Below, in pieces: positions 8,761 to 18,428 of a stretch of 64,000 nucleotides of DNA (positions are counted from its first letter, which is position 1; each line of letters begins with the position of its first letter). Source of the stretch: a virus. Its lineage: Duplodnaviria > Caudoviricetes. Under the pieces are notes generated by a model that had not been told where the DNA came from, ran no database searches, and worked only from the letters and a program-made list of their open reading frames with translations. The position numbers were made by a program, and so were the translations under genes. Location: positions 32,001 through 96,000 of IMG/VR virus record IMGVR_UViG_2864522212_000004; one strand, given 5' to 3'.

Positions 8761-10181
8761 CCGGCTTTCTCGACCGGCTGCTGCACGCGGATAAGCCGCG
8801 ACCGTTGGACGTGGACACGGCGGCCGCCATGCTCAGGACCACGCCCGGACTATTGCGCGAGTTCGAACGCTCCTACCATGCGAACGTGCTCGACCGGAAG
8901 AATGCGCCCACGGGACCATTGGGTCCGGACGCGAAGACCGTTGTCGAATCCCGTTCCGGACACGGGCTGTCGGACGAGGCGTTGGCGTTGGATGCGCGCA
9001 TCGTGCGCGAACTGCTGTCGGATACAGGCGTCATCCGGTTCGACGGGGAGCGTCTTACGGCGGCCCCCTCATTGGCTCCCGTCCCGGAATCGTATGTGAC
9101 GGAAGCGGACGTGGACGTATTGGAGCCGGGGGAGCGCCCCCAGTTGGCGGGCGAGCTAATCCACCGTCAGATCGATACGGTGAACTATCCGCTCCTGCTC
9201 GACATGTGGCGGCATGCCACGGATCCGAAACGTTCCGCGAGGCAACGGCATGAGGCGTACGGCATGTTCCGCACCGGCCTCGACCTGCTCGACCTGGATC
9301 CGGTCATGTACCGAATGCTCGACATGAACCCGGCGAGCATAGGCCATTGGCTGCCCGCATTGGCCAAGGCGAACGAAGGCAAGACGTTCTTCCGCATCCC
9401 GAAGACCACGATAGCCAAAGCGCCGTTGACCCTGCTGCAATTGTCGCGCGTCGAATACGAGTCGCTGACCGCCGCCACCTTGGATGTGGTGGATCGGTGG
9501 GCGCAGGCCGCGTTCCGCCTGAAACCGGACGAATCTTATTTCCTCAAGACCGGCACGTTCAGCAACAAGTATGATTTCCGCAACGCGCACGTCACCGAAC
9601 CGCACGAGGTCATGCAGATCGGCGAATACCTGTTGTACCTCCAATCCCAAGCGGTCGAAATGGCCGGACCGTTGAGCCAACCTGCCACGTACGGGGTTTC
9701 CACGACGAACGAGATGGTGGTCCGCGAATACATCCCCGATACGCATGACCTGCCGACCATCTACATGGGTCTGCCGTTGCGCTGCGAATACCGGTGCTTC
9801 ATCGACTGCGACACGGATGAGCTGCTGGGCATCCACCCGTACTGGGATCCCGAAGTCATGAACAAACGGTTCCGTGACGCGCCCGACGCCTCCAATCCGC
9901 ACATGCGGCATGATGCGGTCACGTACGCGATGCGCGAACCCTCGTTGATGCGCGAATACGGGGAGTCGAAGGACCTGGTCGCCGCTCATGTCAGGGAGCT
10001 GCTGCCCGGCCTGGGCCTGGCGGGCCAATGGTCGCTTGACATCATGCGCGACGGCGACGATTGCTGGCTCATCGACATGGCGCCCGCCGAACGCAGCACC
10101 TTCTACGAACGGACGGTGCCGAAAGGAAAGCGTCGGCCGATGGTGGAGAACTGGATGCCCGAACTGGAGGGAGAACATTGA
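8757..10181 (+). CDS. ATP-grasp protein, Cdc123/R2K-like
   Basis: FLKTGTFSNKYD, VVREYI, EYRCFI, WSLDI...WLIDM motifs. Confidence 0.7.
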   Translation: MTGFLDRLLHADKPRPLDVDTAAAMLRTTPGLLREFERSYHANVLDRKNAPTGPLGPDAKTVVESRSGHGLSDEALALDARIVRELLSDTGVIRFDGERLTAAPSLAPVPESYVTEADVDVLEPGERPQLAGELIHRQIDTVNYPLLLDMWRHATDPKRSARQRHEAYGMFRTGLDLLDLDPVMYRMLDMNPASIGHWLPALAKANEGKTFFRIPKTTIAKAPLTLLQLSRVEYESLTAATLDVVDRWAQAAFRLKPDESYFLKTGTFSNKYDFRNAHVTEPHEVMQIGEYLLYLQSQAVEMAGPLSQPATYGVSTTNEMVVREYIPDTHDLPTIYMGLPLRCEYRCFIDCDTDELLGIHPYWDPEVMNKRFRDAPDASNPHMRHDAVTYAMREPSLMREYGESKDLVAAHVRELLPGLGLAGQWSLDIMRDGDDCWLIDMAPAERSTFYERTVPKGKRRPMVENWMPELEGEH

Positions 10182-10182
10182 C

Positions 10183-11791
10183 CGGTTTGGCGGCGCAAGC
10201 CCCGTCTTTTAAGGCTGGGGTAAGCCGCTACTTCTTTGATTAGTCACTGTTTCCGTGGTAAGGTTTATAGTATGAGTCAGAAGGTACGAATCATCAAAGT
10301 CAGGCATGCGGGCGCATCCGTGTACCTTGGCGACGATTCATGCCGCAACCACTGTTGGACGCGCAATCCCGAACGTATCATGGACTGGCTGTGCGATGGT
10401 TGGCGTACCCGTTTCAACCAGCATCGGGGGCATCGGACTGTCCGCCGTTACATGGAGGATATGGAGTCCCATGAGCGCATGTGGGTGGACGTTCCCTTGG
10501 GTGGAGCGACCGTCGGGGAGCCTTTCAAGGACAGCGAGGCCCGAACCCGGTGTTCTTGGCTCGCATGCATCCCCGCCGCCGTTCTCGCCAGCCCCATGCG
10601 CGTGGAGAATTCGGAATGGTATGCCGGATTGAAGCGCAAGAAGATTAATGGCGGTCGTATTCCGGGGTTCAAATCCCGCAAACGCGACCCCCAGTATTTC
10701 GTATGCTGGCGCAACCAGACCAAGACCGGCAACGCCGTCTACCATCAGGTGTCACGCAAGCGTGGCGTGGTCGTCATCACCGGAAGCGTGAAAAAGGAGT
10801 TCCGCAAGCCGGGCGAAACGGGATGCCGTTGGAGGCTCTCCATCCACGTGCGCGTCAGCCAACCCGTCAGGGATTACACGAGCGTGGCGGTGAATTGGAC
10901 GGAACGCACTCTGGCGTTCACCAACGAACCGTCGCCCATCCGACGGAATGCCACTGGCAAGCAGACCGGTATCGACCGTGGCTGCGTACACACATTGGCC
11001 TTGTCGAATGGAACCATGCTGGACATGCCGCAACCGTCCGAACGGGAGAAGCGCGAGTATCTGCGTCTGCAACGCAAGCTCGCCCGACAAGACATGACCA
11101 ACAGCCGACGTGGTGGGAAAACCGCGAAATTCCAGTCGAAACGACGCAAACTCACATTGAAGCGCATGAGTTCGATACGCCGCCGAGTCAACAACCGCAA
11201 GGACGATTGGGTTGCGAAGACCACGACCCGACTGGTCGAAGACTACGACCTCATCGCCTTGGAAGCGTTGGACACCCGGCAAATGACCCGCAAGCCGAAA
11301 CCGAAACAGGACCCCAACCATAGGGGACGCTACCTGCGCAACGGCTCGGCGGCCAAAGCGGGATTGAACCGCAGCATCCTCGGCAACCGTTGGACGGATA
11401 TCCAGAACAAACTCGAATACAAGACCCGTCTCGCCGGGACCCGGCTCATACTGGTCAACCCGGCGTACACGTCCCAGACCTGCAACCGTTGCGGCCATGT
11501 CGCATTGGAGAACCGTGAGAGCCAAGCGGTCTTCCAATGCGTCAACTGCGGTTTCAAGGCTAATGCGGACATCAACGCGGCCAAGAACATCCTCGACCGC
11601 GCGATACACACACAACCGGCATGGACGATGCCGAGGGCGTGGAGGGACACGCTTCCCGCGAAACCTGTGTTTCACGGGAAGGTTCCGTTGAAACGCCAAC
11701 CCCTGCCACACATGTGGGAAGACTCTCCGAATAGGGGATTGTCTCACATGCGACAGGAATCCCCCGGCTTTAGCCGTGGGGAGGGAGTCAA
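10183..11791 (+). mobile_element. IS200/IS605-family element, tnpB only (1609 bp), target TGAC
   Basis: LE: TGAC|13 nt|CAAG + hairpin; RE: GAAT + hairpin CCCCCGGCTTTAGCCGTGGGG ...TCAA; removal restores TTG ACC GGC TGG of the downstream gene. Confidence 0.9.
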
Positions 11792-12836
11792 CGGCTGGCT
11801 TATCGACATCATCCCCGAGGAATGCCCGCCCGACGTGATGGACGCGCCGGAAGCGTATCGCGCCGCATGGGGACGATACGTCGGCGAGGTTGTGCCGGGC
11901 GACGGGGATCCGGAGGATTGGCGCGAACAGGCGGCGCGCCTGGAGGCCGCGGCACGTATCCTCCCGGACCCGCATGTGCGCGTGGCCGGCCGATCGTACG
12001 GGGGGCCTGACCCGATGACGCTCGCCCATTACGGCGTGGTAAGAATCAGGCCGTATATGGATCAGCTGACGTTGCCCGCCTCGAACGTCGACCGGTGGGA
12101 TCTCATCCCCGCGTTGCGCCCGTTTCTGGGACGCGACGTGCAATCCGTCCCCTGCGACGGGGATGCGATCGATGTGGCGGCGCGGGGCATGCTCGACCGG
12201 CATCCCGGTGCGGGTGTGGTCGTCAAGTTCATGCTGCGTGAGAAGCGTCTGCCGCTCGCGTTCATCGACCCGGACGGCACGTTCGAACAGTCGGACGAGT
12301 ATGGCGGGAAGCCGGAGCGTATCCCGTTCGCCGCATGGCGGTGGGCCGGCTATGACCTCGCCCTGTTCGAGGGCGAGCCGGACGCGGCGCTCGTCCAGCA
12401 GCGGGTGCGCATGCGCTACGAGTACCGGGTGCAGGTGATCGGCGGGGAACCGGTATGCGGGGCCGGCTGCATCGAACGGTTCACGCCCGCCGACAACACG
12501 GGCGAACGGTATGATCCGCGGATGGAGGAAACACGCAACGACGGGCGCATCGAATCGCACCCCGACATCGCACGGTTGTATGAGGCGTTCGCACTCGAGG
12601 CGGCGCATGCGATACGCGGCGAAGTCGAAGGCCCATACGTGATGGACCTGTATCTGGATGATGCCGGGCAGCCGCATGTGATCGAACTCAACCCGCAGTC
12701 GAACAGCGGCCTGTATGCGCTCGACATGGACGCATTGCTGACGGCGATACGGGACAATCCGGAGCAGTTCATGCCCGACCCGTCGCGGAGCGGCATGCCC
12801 GGCTGCCTGGGCGTCAGGGAGGAGAGTGTGGTTTGA
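10272..12836 (+). CDS. tnpB: In-frame fusion: TnpB RNA-guided nuclease (10272-11791) + ATP-grasp DUF4343/R2K-like protein (11792-12836)
   Basis: RuvC GIDRG / IALE / NADINAA and CxxC-CxxC intact; no stop before RE; then EYRVQV...YVMDL...IELNPQSNSGLY. Confidence 0.85.
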   Translation: MSQKVRIIKVRHAGASVYLGDDSCRNHCWTRNPERIMDWLCDGWRTRFNQHRGHRTVRRYMEDMESHERMWVDVPLGGATVGEPFKDSEARTRCSWLACIPAAVLASPMRVENSEWYAGLKRKKINGGRIPGFKSRKRDPQYFVCWRNQTKTGNAVYHQVSRKRGVVVITGSVKKEFRKPGETGCRWRLSIHVRVSQPVRDYTSVAVNWTERTLAFTNEPSPIRRNATGKQTGIDRGCVHTLALSNGTMLDMPQPSEREKREYLRLQRKLARQDMTNSRRGGKTAKFQSKRRKLTLKRMSSIRRRVNNRKDDWVAKTTTRLVEDYDLIALEALDTRQMTRKPKPKQDPNHRGRYLRNGSAAKAGLNRSILGNRWTDIQNKLEYKTRLAGTRLILVNPAYTSQTCNRCGHVALENRESQAVFQCVNCGFKANADINAAKNILDRAIHTQPAWTMPRAWRDTLPAKPVFHGKVPLKRQPLPHMWEDSPNRGLSHMRQESPGFSRGEGVNGWLIDIIPEECPPDVMDAPEAYRAAWGRYVGEVVPGDGDPEDWREQAARLEAAARILPDPHVRVAGRSYGGPDPMTLAHYGVVRIRPYMDQLTLPASNVDRWDLIPALRPFLGRDVQSVPCDGDAIDVAARGMLDRHPGAGVVVKFMLREKRLPLAFIDPDGTFEQSDEYGGKPERIPFAAWRWAGYDLALFEGEPDAALVQQRVRMRYEYRVQVIGGEPVCGAGCIERFTPADNTGERYDPRMEETRNDGRIESHPDIARLYEAFALEAAHAIRGEVEGPYVMDLYLDDAGQPHVIELNPQSNSGLYALDMDALLTAIRDNPEQFMPDPSRSGMPGCLGVREESVV

Positions 12837-12930
12837 TGACGCATCCAGAACCGAAGCGGGCTCAGCTCCTCTCAGAGGACCCGTCTGCGTCCCATCGGCT
12901 CATACCTTTGACGGCGAAAGGAAAACAGGA

Positions 12931-13132
12931 ATGGCTGAACGGAACATGAACGACGATTTCGTCTATCGCAACCAGGTCGGCACGGCCATCGACCAGCTGC
13001 GCCTCGCCTTGAAAACGGCGGATACGGGGGCGGATCCGGCTGCTGAACGGCGCTTTGCAGAACACGGGCAATGCGATCGGGCAGCTCGCCCAATTCAACG
13101 CGGACGGCACGCGGCGGCCCCCACGAGAATAG
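12931..13132 (+). pseudogene. Small gene, probably frameshifted
   Basis: MAERNMNDDFVYRNQ... continues more naturally in a shifted frame (RIRLLNGALQNTGNAIGQLAQFNADG...). Confidence 0.35.
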
Positions 13133-13153
13133 GAACCGCGCACCCGGGCTACC

Positions 13154-13582
13154 ATGGGGATAATGCTTGATTCCATCCGCTACCGGCTGTACGCCGTCGA
13201 ATCCGAAACATCTGAACCGTCCGGCACGACGGCCCGCATCAAGCTCGAATATCGTGCCGGGAACATCACGTACGGGCTGGAACTGCGGGAACCGTTCGGA
13301 CCGGGCATCGTCGCCGACGAGGCGCGTTCGTTCGATCCCGGCAAGCCGATGGCGATGCCGCCAGTCTGGCTGCTCGTCCGCGGGGACGCGACGCCCGAAC
13401 GCGGATTGCGATGCCTGACCCTGGCCGTCACCATGCTGGATGGCGTGGATGCGGACGGGAACGTGCATGCGGGGGTCGAGGTCTCATATCCGTGCGGCCT
13501 TCCCGAGGATGCGCTGAACGGCGCCCGGTTCGCCCTGTGGGTGCTGCGCGATCTGCTGGATGGAGGAAGCCAAGAATGCTAG
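13154..13582 (+). CDS. Hypothetical protein
   Basis: ORF track, GC3-rich coding. Confidence 0.6.
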   Translation: MGIMLDSIRYRLYAVESETSEPSGTTARIKLEYRAGNITYGLELREPFGPGIVADEARSFDPGKPMAMPPVWLLVRGDATPERGLRCLTLAVTMLDGVDADGNVHAGVEVSYPCGLPEDALNGARFALWVLRDLLDGGSQEC

Positions 13583-14070
13583 ACGAGATGCTTGCCCGCG
13601 AGCTTGAGGAACATTCGTTCTGATTCCGGAATGTGCTGGAAACCGTTGTTCTCGTAGAATCTAGCTGCGGCTGAATCCACGGGATCCACTATGAGGGCCC
13701 TCGCCCCGAGTTCGGAGCTGATGTTCAAGGAACGTATGACCGCATCGTGCAACAGTTTCCTGCCGAGGCCTTCGCCTTGGAAACGTCTGTCCACGCCGAG
13801 CATGCCGAGCAGTATCATGGGCACTCGCTCGGGAACGTTCCTCTGTAGCCATCCGCCGGCGATATTGGAGCGTTCCATTGCGTGTGCGCTGAGGGAGTAG
13901 AATCCGGCGAGTTCCCCTGATTCGGCGTAGGTGACGTACGCGACGGCCGTTCCCTGTTTTTCGGCAGAACGGGATCTCGTGGACAGCCATTCATCAATGA
14001 GCGTAATGCCGCAGTCAAAGCCATCGAGCATGTCGGAGGACTCTATGCGCCGTGGTGTGGTGAATCTCAT
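13579..14070 (-). CDS. GNAT-family toxin (TacT/AtaT-like)
   Basis: FDCG..LxxWL, GFYSLSA, LGVDRRFQGEGLG acetyl-CoA motif, FYENNGF. Confidence 0.9.
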   Translation of the reverse strand: MRFTTPRRIESSDMLDGFDCGITLIDEWLSTRSRSAEKQGTAVAYVTYAESGELAGFYSLSAHAMERSNIAGGWLQRNVPERVPMILLGMLGVDRRFQGEGLGRKLLHDAVIRSLNISSELGARALIVDPVDSAAARFYENNGFQHIPESERMFLKLAGKHLV

Positions 14071-14345
14071 ATCCAGTCGGGTTCCATTTCGATGAGATCC
14101 TTCGCGGCCTTCGGCATGGGTCTGTCAAGCGCCTTGAGAAATTCGTCGAATGCCTTGGAGGGCAGACGGGTGACGGTCTCCTCTTCGATATCCCGGCGTG
14201 CGTCGGTGACGAGATGGTCGATGGCCCATTGGGTTATGGAGGAGCCTTTGAGAGAGGCCGCTATATCTATGGTTTGGCGCTGTTCTGGCGTGAGGCGCAT
14301 GTTGAGGCGTGAGCTGCGTGCCGGTTCCGTAATAGTGCTTGTCAT
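14067..14345 (-). CDS. DUF1778 RHH antitoxin (TacA-like)
   Basis: RLNMRLTPEQR..I..AA...FDEFLKALDRP; coupled to GNAT. Confidence 0.9.
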   Translation of the reverse strand: MTSTITEPARSSRLNMRLTPEQRQTIDIAASLKGSSITQWAIDHLVTDARRDIEEETVTRLPSKAFDEFLKALDRPMPKAAKDLIEMEPDWI

Positions 14346-14354
14346 ACCGTGTAT

Positions 14355-14375
14355 TGTACGTCAACTTGACGTACA
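14355..14375. promoter_or_regulatory. Palindromic operator of the GNAT TA pair
   Basis: TGTACGTCAA-C-TTGACGTACA perfect inverted repeat just upstream of the antitoxin. Confidence 0.7.
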
Positions 14376-14498
14376 TATCAATACATTGGATACGCAATAA
14401 CATCAAAGACTATTCATTTGTTCTTTGTATAGTTGGCTATCGTTTTCTGGCGTGAGGACGCCGGCCTTTAGGCCGGTGGTGAAACGCCTTTACCTTTG

Positions 14499-14915
14499 TC
14501 ATGCTGGTCGGTTCTGGTTTTCGATGTATCGTCTCAACGTGTCGAGCGGGGCACCTCCGGCGGTTCCCGCGTAGTAGCTTCCGCTCCATAGCCGTTTCGC
14601 CCGCCAGTAATGTTGGGCGAGTTCGGGGTAGTCGCGTCTCATGTACCGGCTTGACACTCCCTTCAGCGAGTTGACGAGTCGGCTGACCTCCACGGTCGGC
14701 GGGAACGAAACGAGCAGGTGGACATGATCCGTTTCCCCATTGAATTCCTCGAGCCGGCAGTCGAAGCTTTCGCATACGTCGCGGAATATCCGTTCGAGCC
14801 TGTCCAGATGCCGGTCCTCGAACACCTTGTGCCGGTATTTCGTGACGAAAACCAAATGCACATGCATGTCGAAGACACAGTGTCTTCCTTTACGTAGCGA
14901 GTCATCGTTTGTCAT
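14499..14915 (-). CDS. tnpA: IS200/IS605 Y1 (HUH) transposase
   Basis: HLVFVTKYR, DHVHLL (HUH), LKGVSSR, YIENQ. Confidence 0.95.
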   Translation of the reverse strand: MTNDDSLRKGRHCVFDMHVHLVFVTKYRHKVFEDRHLDRLERIFRDVCESFDCRLEEFNGETDHVHLLVSFPPTVEVSRLVNSLKGVSSRYMRRDYPELAQHYWRAKRLWSGSYYAGTAGGAPLDTLRRYIENQNRPA

Positions 14916-14937
14916 GAAACCAAGTATAATTAAAGGT

Positions 14938-16188
14938 ATGGCGTCCATCAAGCGATACAGGTATCGCGCCTATCCGACCAAGGGCCAGGCGCATGCCCTG
15001 TCATGCCTATATGGATGCTGCCGGTTCGTGTATAACCGGTTCGTCGCCGTCCGCGAGACCATGTTCAAGGTCGGAGGCAGGATGCCCACGTTCACCCAGT
15101 TGGCGAGGGACCTGACGCAGTCGAAGAATGATCCGGACACCAGTTGGCTGAAAACCGTGTCCGCCGTCCCGCTCCAGCAGTCTCTGAGGCATGCGCGGAC
15201 CGCGTACGACAACTACTTCGCCTGGAAGAAAGGCGACAGAAAAGGCCCCGAGGTCGGCAAGCCCACGTTCAAGACCCGGCGCGGCACCCAGTCGGCCGAG
15301 TTCACCCTCAACAGCCGGTTCAAGCTCGAACACGAGCCTGGATGCAAATGGGCGTTCCTCACCCTGCCTAAGGTCGGACGCGTCAAACTGCGTTGGACTC
15401 GAGACCTGCCCACCGTGCCGAAGACCGTGACCGTCATCCGACGCCCATGCGGACGATACGAGGCCAGCTTCACCACTATCACGACGTCACGCATCACCCC
15501 CAAGGCACTGCACGCCGAGGCGGGTGTGGACATCGGACTGCTCTCCCTGGGCGTAGTCAGGCGTTCGGACGGCACCTGCGAGGCCATTGAAAATCCTAGG
15601 TTCCTGAAGAACAGCGAACGCAGGCTTAGACACCTGGACCGGGAGCTGGCCCGGAAGAGGAAAGGATCGCGCAACTACGAGAAGGCCCGCACCCGCCGTG
15701 CGCGCGCATACCAGAAGGTCAAGGACACCAGGCTCGACTATCTGACGAAGACCGCCAGAAGGCTCATCGACGAAAACCAAGCGATAGCCCTCGAAACGCT
15801 CTCCATCACCGGCCTAGCCAAGACCCGACTCGGCAAAAGCGTGCTCGACGCGGGATGGGGCACCCTCATCCGGCTTGTCACCCAGATGGGCCGGGAGGCG
15901 GGTCGTGACATCCGCAGGATCAGCCGCTGGTACGCCAGCACGCAGACCTGCTGTGTATGCCACGTCAAGGACAAGCCCAAACCGTTGAACATACGCGAAT
16001 GGGATTGCCCCAACTGCGGCGCACGCCTCGACAGGGACGCGAACGCCGCGGTCAACATTATGCTCGCCGCCGGACTGGCGGAGAGTCTAAACGCCTGTGG
16101 AGGGGACGTAAATCGGAAGCTGGCAATGCCGGCCGCAACGTCGACCCCGATGAAACAGGAACCCTCCGAAACGATTCCCCTCCATTAA
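14938..16188 (+). CDS. tnpB: TnpB RNA-guided nuclease
   Basis: YRYRAYPT HTH; GVDIG / IALE / DRDANAA; Zn finger. Confidence 0.95.
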   Translation: MASIKRYRYRAYPTKGQAHALSCLYGCCRFVYNRFVAVRETMFKVGGRMPTFTQLARDLTQSKNDPDTSWLKTVSAVPLQQSLRHARTAYDNYFAWKKGDRKGPEVGKPTFKTRRGTQSAEFTLNSRFKLEHEPGCKWAFLTLPKVGRVKLRWTRDLPTVPKTVTVIRRPCGRYEASFTTITTSRITPKALHAEAGVDIGLLSLGVVRRSDGTCEAIENPRFLKNSERRLRHLDRELARKRKGSRNYEKARTRRARAYQKVKDTRLDYLTKTARRLIDENQAIALETLSITGLAKTRLGKSVLDAGWGTLIRLVTQMGREAGRDIRRISRWYASTQTCCVCHVKDKPKPLNIREWDCPNCGARLDRDANAAVNIMLAAGLAESLNACGGDVNRKLAMPAATSTPMKQEPSETIPLH

Positions 16189-16236
16189 GGGGAACGTCGT
16201 AGGAATCCTCTGCCTTCAGGCAGAGGAGGAAGTCAA

Positions 16237-16641
16237 ACCAGCCCCGATCCGAACGGACTGGCGTTCGCGGTCATCGAATCGCGTATGTTCATTGTCTGGC
16301 AGGCGGCGGTCGGCGGACGACTGAAATCAGACTACCGTTTCAGCAACACGGTGGTTTGGAACAACCTGCCCCTGCCCGCCCTCGACGATGAAACCCGCAC
16401 CGCATTGATCGAGGCCGGCAGAAACGTGCTGGTGGCGCGAGCCAACCATCCCGGCCAGTCCCTGGCAGACCTGTACGATCCCGACTACATGCCGACCGAC
16501 CTACGCGCCGCCCACCGGGAATTGGACAAGGTTGCGGACGTGGCGTTTGGCGCGAGGAAATGGTTGAAGGACGATGATGATGCGCGTCTGCAAGTGTTGT
16601 TTAAGTCATACACGCATATGACAGGTAGCAGTGAGGTGTGA
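16237..16641 (+). pseudogene. 3' remnant of MmeI-like Type IIL restriction-modification gene
   Basis: GGRLKSDYRFSNTVVWNNLP...SLADLYDPDYMP.DLRAAH..LD; 5' part absent, begins at the IS right end. Confidence 0.85.
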
Positions 16642-17081
16642 CAGTGGTAGACAAAAATCTAATCGTAGACACCATTAGTCAAATAGGTTCAGTCGCATTA
16701 GATGCGGCCCGAGATAATGCAATAGACAATGTCAATGAGGAAGTCAATCAGGCGTTAGCTTTCGAACGGAAACAGGAAAGGAAGCATGTTGCTCGTGTAT
16801 TCGCTGAATTAGGTATTGACAGGCAGAAGGCAATCAATCTTCTCGTCTTTGAATGGGATACAGATAGAAGAGACGCTGAAGAGCTGATGTTGGAGGCTCA
16901 TCGCATTTACTGGCCTTTGGAACGATTGAAACGCCATTTGAGAAACGAGGATTGGACCATGTCCGAAATCAGCGATTTTCTTCACGACTATGAAGTTGCG
17001 CGACAATTGAGAACCAATAGAAGGCTGTCTGATCTGACCGCTGCTGGTCTAGTCGATTGGCTCCAAAAGAATCAGGACTGA
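16638..17081 (+). CDS. Hypothetical protein (lower GC), coupled to MmeI remnant
   Basis: GTGA overlap, GAGG RBS. Confidence 0.7.
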   Translation: MTVVDKNLIVDTISQIGSVALDAARDNAIDNVNEEVNQALAFERKQERKHVARVFAELGIDRQKAINLLVFEWDTDRRDAEELMLEAHRIYWPLERLKRHLRNEDWTMSEISDFLHDYEVARQLRTNRRLSDLTAAGLVDWLQKNQD

Positions 17082-17141
17082 TTGCATTGCAATGTGGCCT
17101 ATCTGTCTTGTACGGGATCAAGGAAGACTGGCCACATTGTT

Positions 17142-17507
17142 CTATTCTTCTGGCTTGCTGAGGCCGACTCCCGTCTGTACGCCGAATTCGAATTGTTCCA
17201 GCTTGTCCGCGAATGTATCCAATTCGATTGCCGATACACGGCCGGTTATGCTTGCACCGTGGTTTGATACCCTGATGCCATAACGATTTCCTCCATCGTC
17301 CCAAACATCGAATCGCAGGTCTTCTATTCTCTCTAGTTTGTTCGCGGATGGTTCCTTAAGCACGCTGTCGATAAGCGTAAGCAGCGTATGTGCAGCATTC
17401 GGAGACAGATTCAAACGGTAATGCAGCAGACCATCATCAAACTCGATTTCGATTACGTTCGAATCGAGTCTCGTGCAGTTCAAGGAAATATCAGGCATAT
17501 TCCCCAA
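17142..17507 (-). CDS. Hypothetical protein
   Basis: ORF track; start uncertain. Confidence 0.55.
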   Translation of the reverse strand: MGNMPDISLNCTRLDSNVIEIEFDDGLLHYRLNLSPNAAHTLLTLIDSVLKEPSANKLERIEDLRFDVWDDGGNRYGIRVSNHGASITGRVSAIELDTFADKLEQFEFGVQTGVGLSKPEE

Positions 17508-17527
17508 GATATTGGCAAAGGCAGACC

Positions 17528-17575
17528 GGGTTCTTGGCGTGGGCTTCTTTCGGAAGAAATACGGGCCAAGAACCC
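17528..17575 (-). terminator. Stem-loop after 17583..18428
   Basis: GGGTTCTTGGC...GCCAAGAACCC. Confidence 0.5.
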
Positions 17576-17582
17576 ATGAATG

Positions 17583-18428
17583 TCAGTGCTTCTTCTTTTT
17601 GTTTCCGCCGTCGACCCAGTCGAAAGCGGTCTTGAATGCTTCTCGTGCGGTGTTGGTCTGATCGTAGTAGTCGCTGCCCATGTCGCTTTTCTTATAGTCG
17701 ATGACGGTGTTGTTCACGTCTCCGCGACCGTCTGAGAAGGTGACTCGCCATCCTTTGCTGCCACCTAGGTAGAAGAGTTTCGCGCGACGATGGTTGTTAT
17801 CGGCGTCGGTTGGCCACACCTGCGGGTACGTGTTGCCGGTCAATTCCAAATCGGGGTGGCCTTGGAGAGCCATGTTCGCGCCTTCCTCAGCCGACTGCGG
17901 GTCACAACCCTTGGACTCCAAATACTCGCCGAAGGAATAATCCATGTCATCCGTGTAGGTGAGTTCCGGATTGGTGAGATACACTTCGGCATCACCATCT
18001 TCGGCGGCTTCACTGGCAAGTTCGGACATTTGCTGCGGGTCGTTCCAAGCATCCTCGTTGCCATCCATGTAATCGTTGCCCCATGCGATATACCGGTCGC
18101 GATCCAATTCCGGCAGCTTCTCGAACTCCTCACGGCTGACGTACAGGCCGGATTCCACGCGATAGCCTTCATCATCGGGGCCGAACTTACGTTCCGAGTA
18201 CTCCCTGTTGGCGATGTCGATAAGCTTCTGATCCAGTTCCTGCATTCGCTTCACACCGGTCTCATAGGTTTCAACCGGCGCGCCGCCGGTATTCGATTGC
18301 TGATTCTGTTCGAATCGTTCGAGTACGTCACCGGTCGGCATGCTGCTGGTTTTGCCTTCATCCGCATAAGTGCCGTCACGGTTTCGACGTTGCTGTTTTG
18401 CCTGTGCTGATTTTCTGGAGTCGACCAT
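17583..18428 (-). CDS. Acidic hypothetical protein with shared basic N-terminal leader
   Basis: KSAQAKQQRRNRDGTYADE; AAGGAG RBS. Confidence 0.8.
   Translation of the reverse strand: MVDSRKSAQAKQQRRNRDGTYADEGKTSSMPTGDVLERFEQNQQSNTGGAPVETYETGVKRMQELDQKLIDIANREYSERKFGPDDEGYRVESGLYVSREEFEKLPELDRDRYIAWGNDYMDGNEDAWNDPQQMSELASEAAEDGDAEVYLTNPELTYTDDMDYSFGEYLESKGCDPQSAEEGANMALQGHPDLELTGNTYPQVWPTDADNNHRRAKLFYLGGSKGWRVTFSDGRGDVNNTVIDYKKSDMGSDYYDQTNTAREAFKTAFDWVDGGNKKKKH

Larger units (their letters stand above)
14441..16236 (+). mobile_element. IS605-type element, divergent tnpA/tnpB; probable target CTAT
   Basis: LE CTAT|14 nt|AGGA + hairpin CGCCGGCCTTTAGGCCGGTG; RE GAAT + CCTCTGCCTTCAGGCAGAGG...TCAA. 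Confidence 0.85.

Noticed and set aside
10061-10080. Similarity to the TnpB guide (GCTGGCTCATCGACAT) suggesting self-targeting
   Set aside because: Explained by both frames encoding WLID; no TGAC TAM and seed mismatches.
10183-11791. IStron (group I intron-IS hybrid)
   Set aside because: Only ~90 bp between the left end and tnpB, leaving no room for a ribozyme core.
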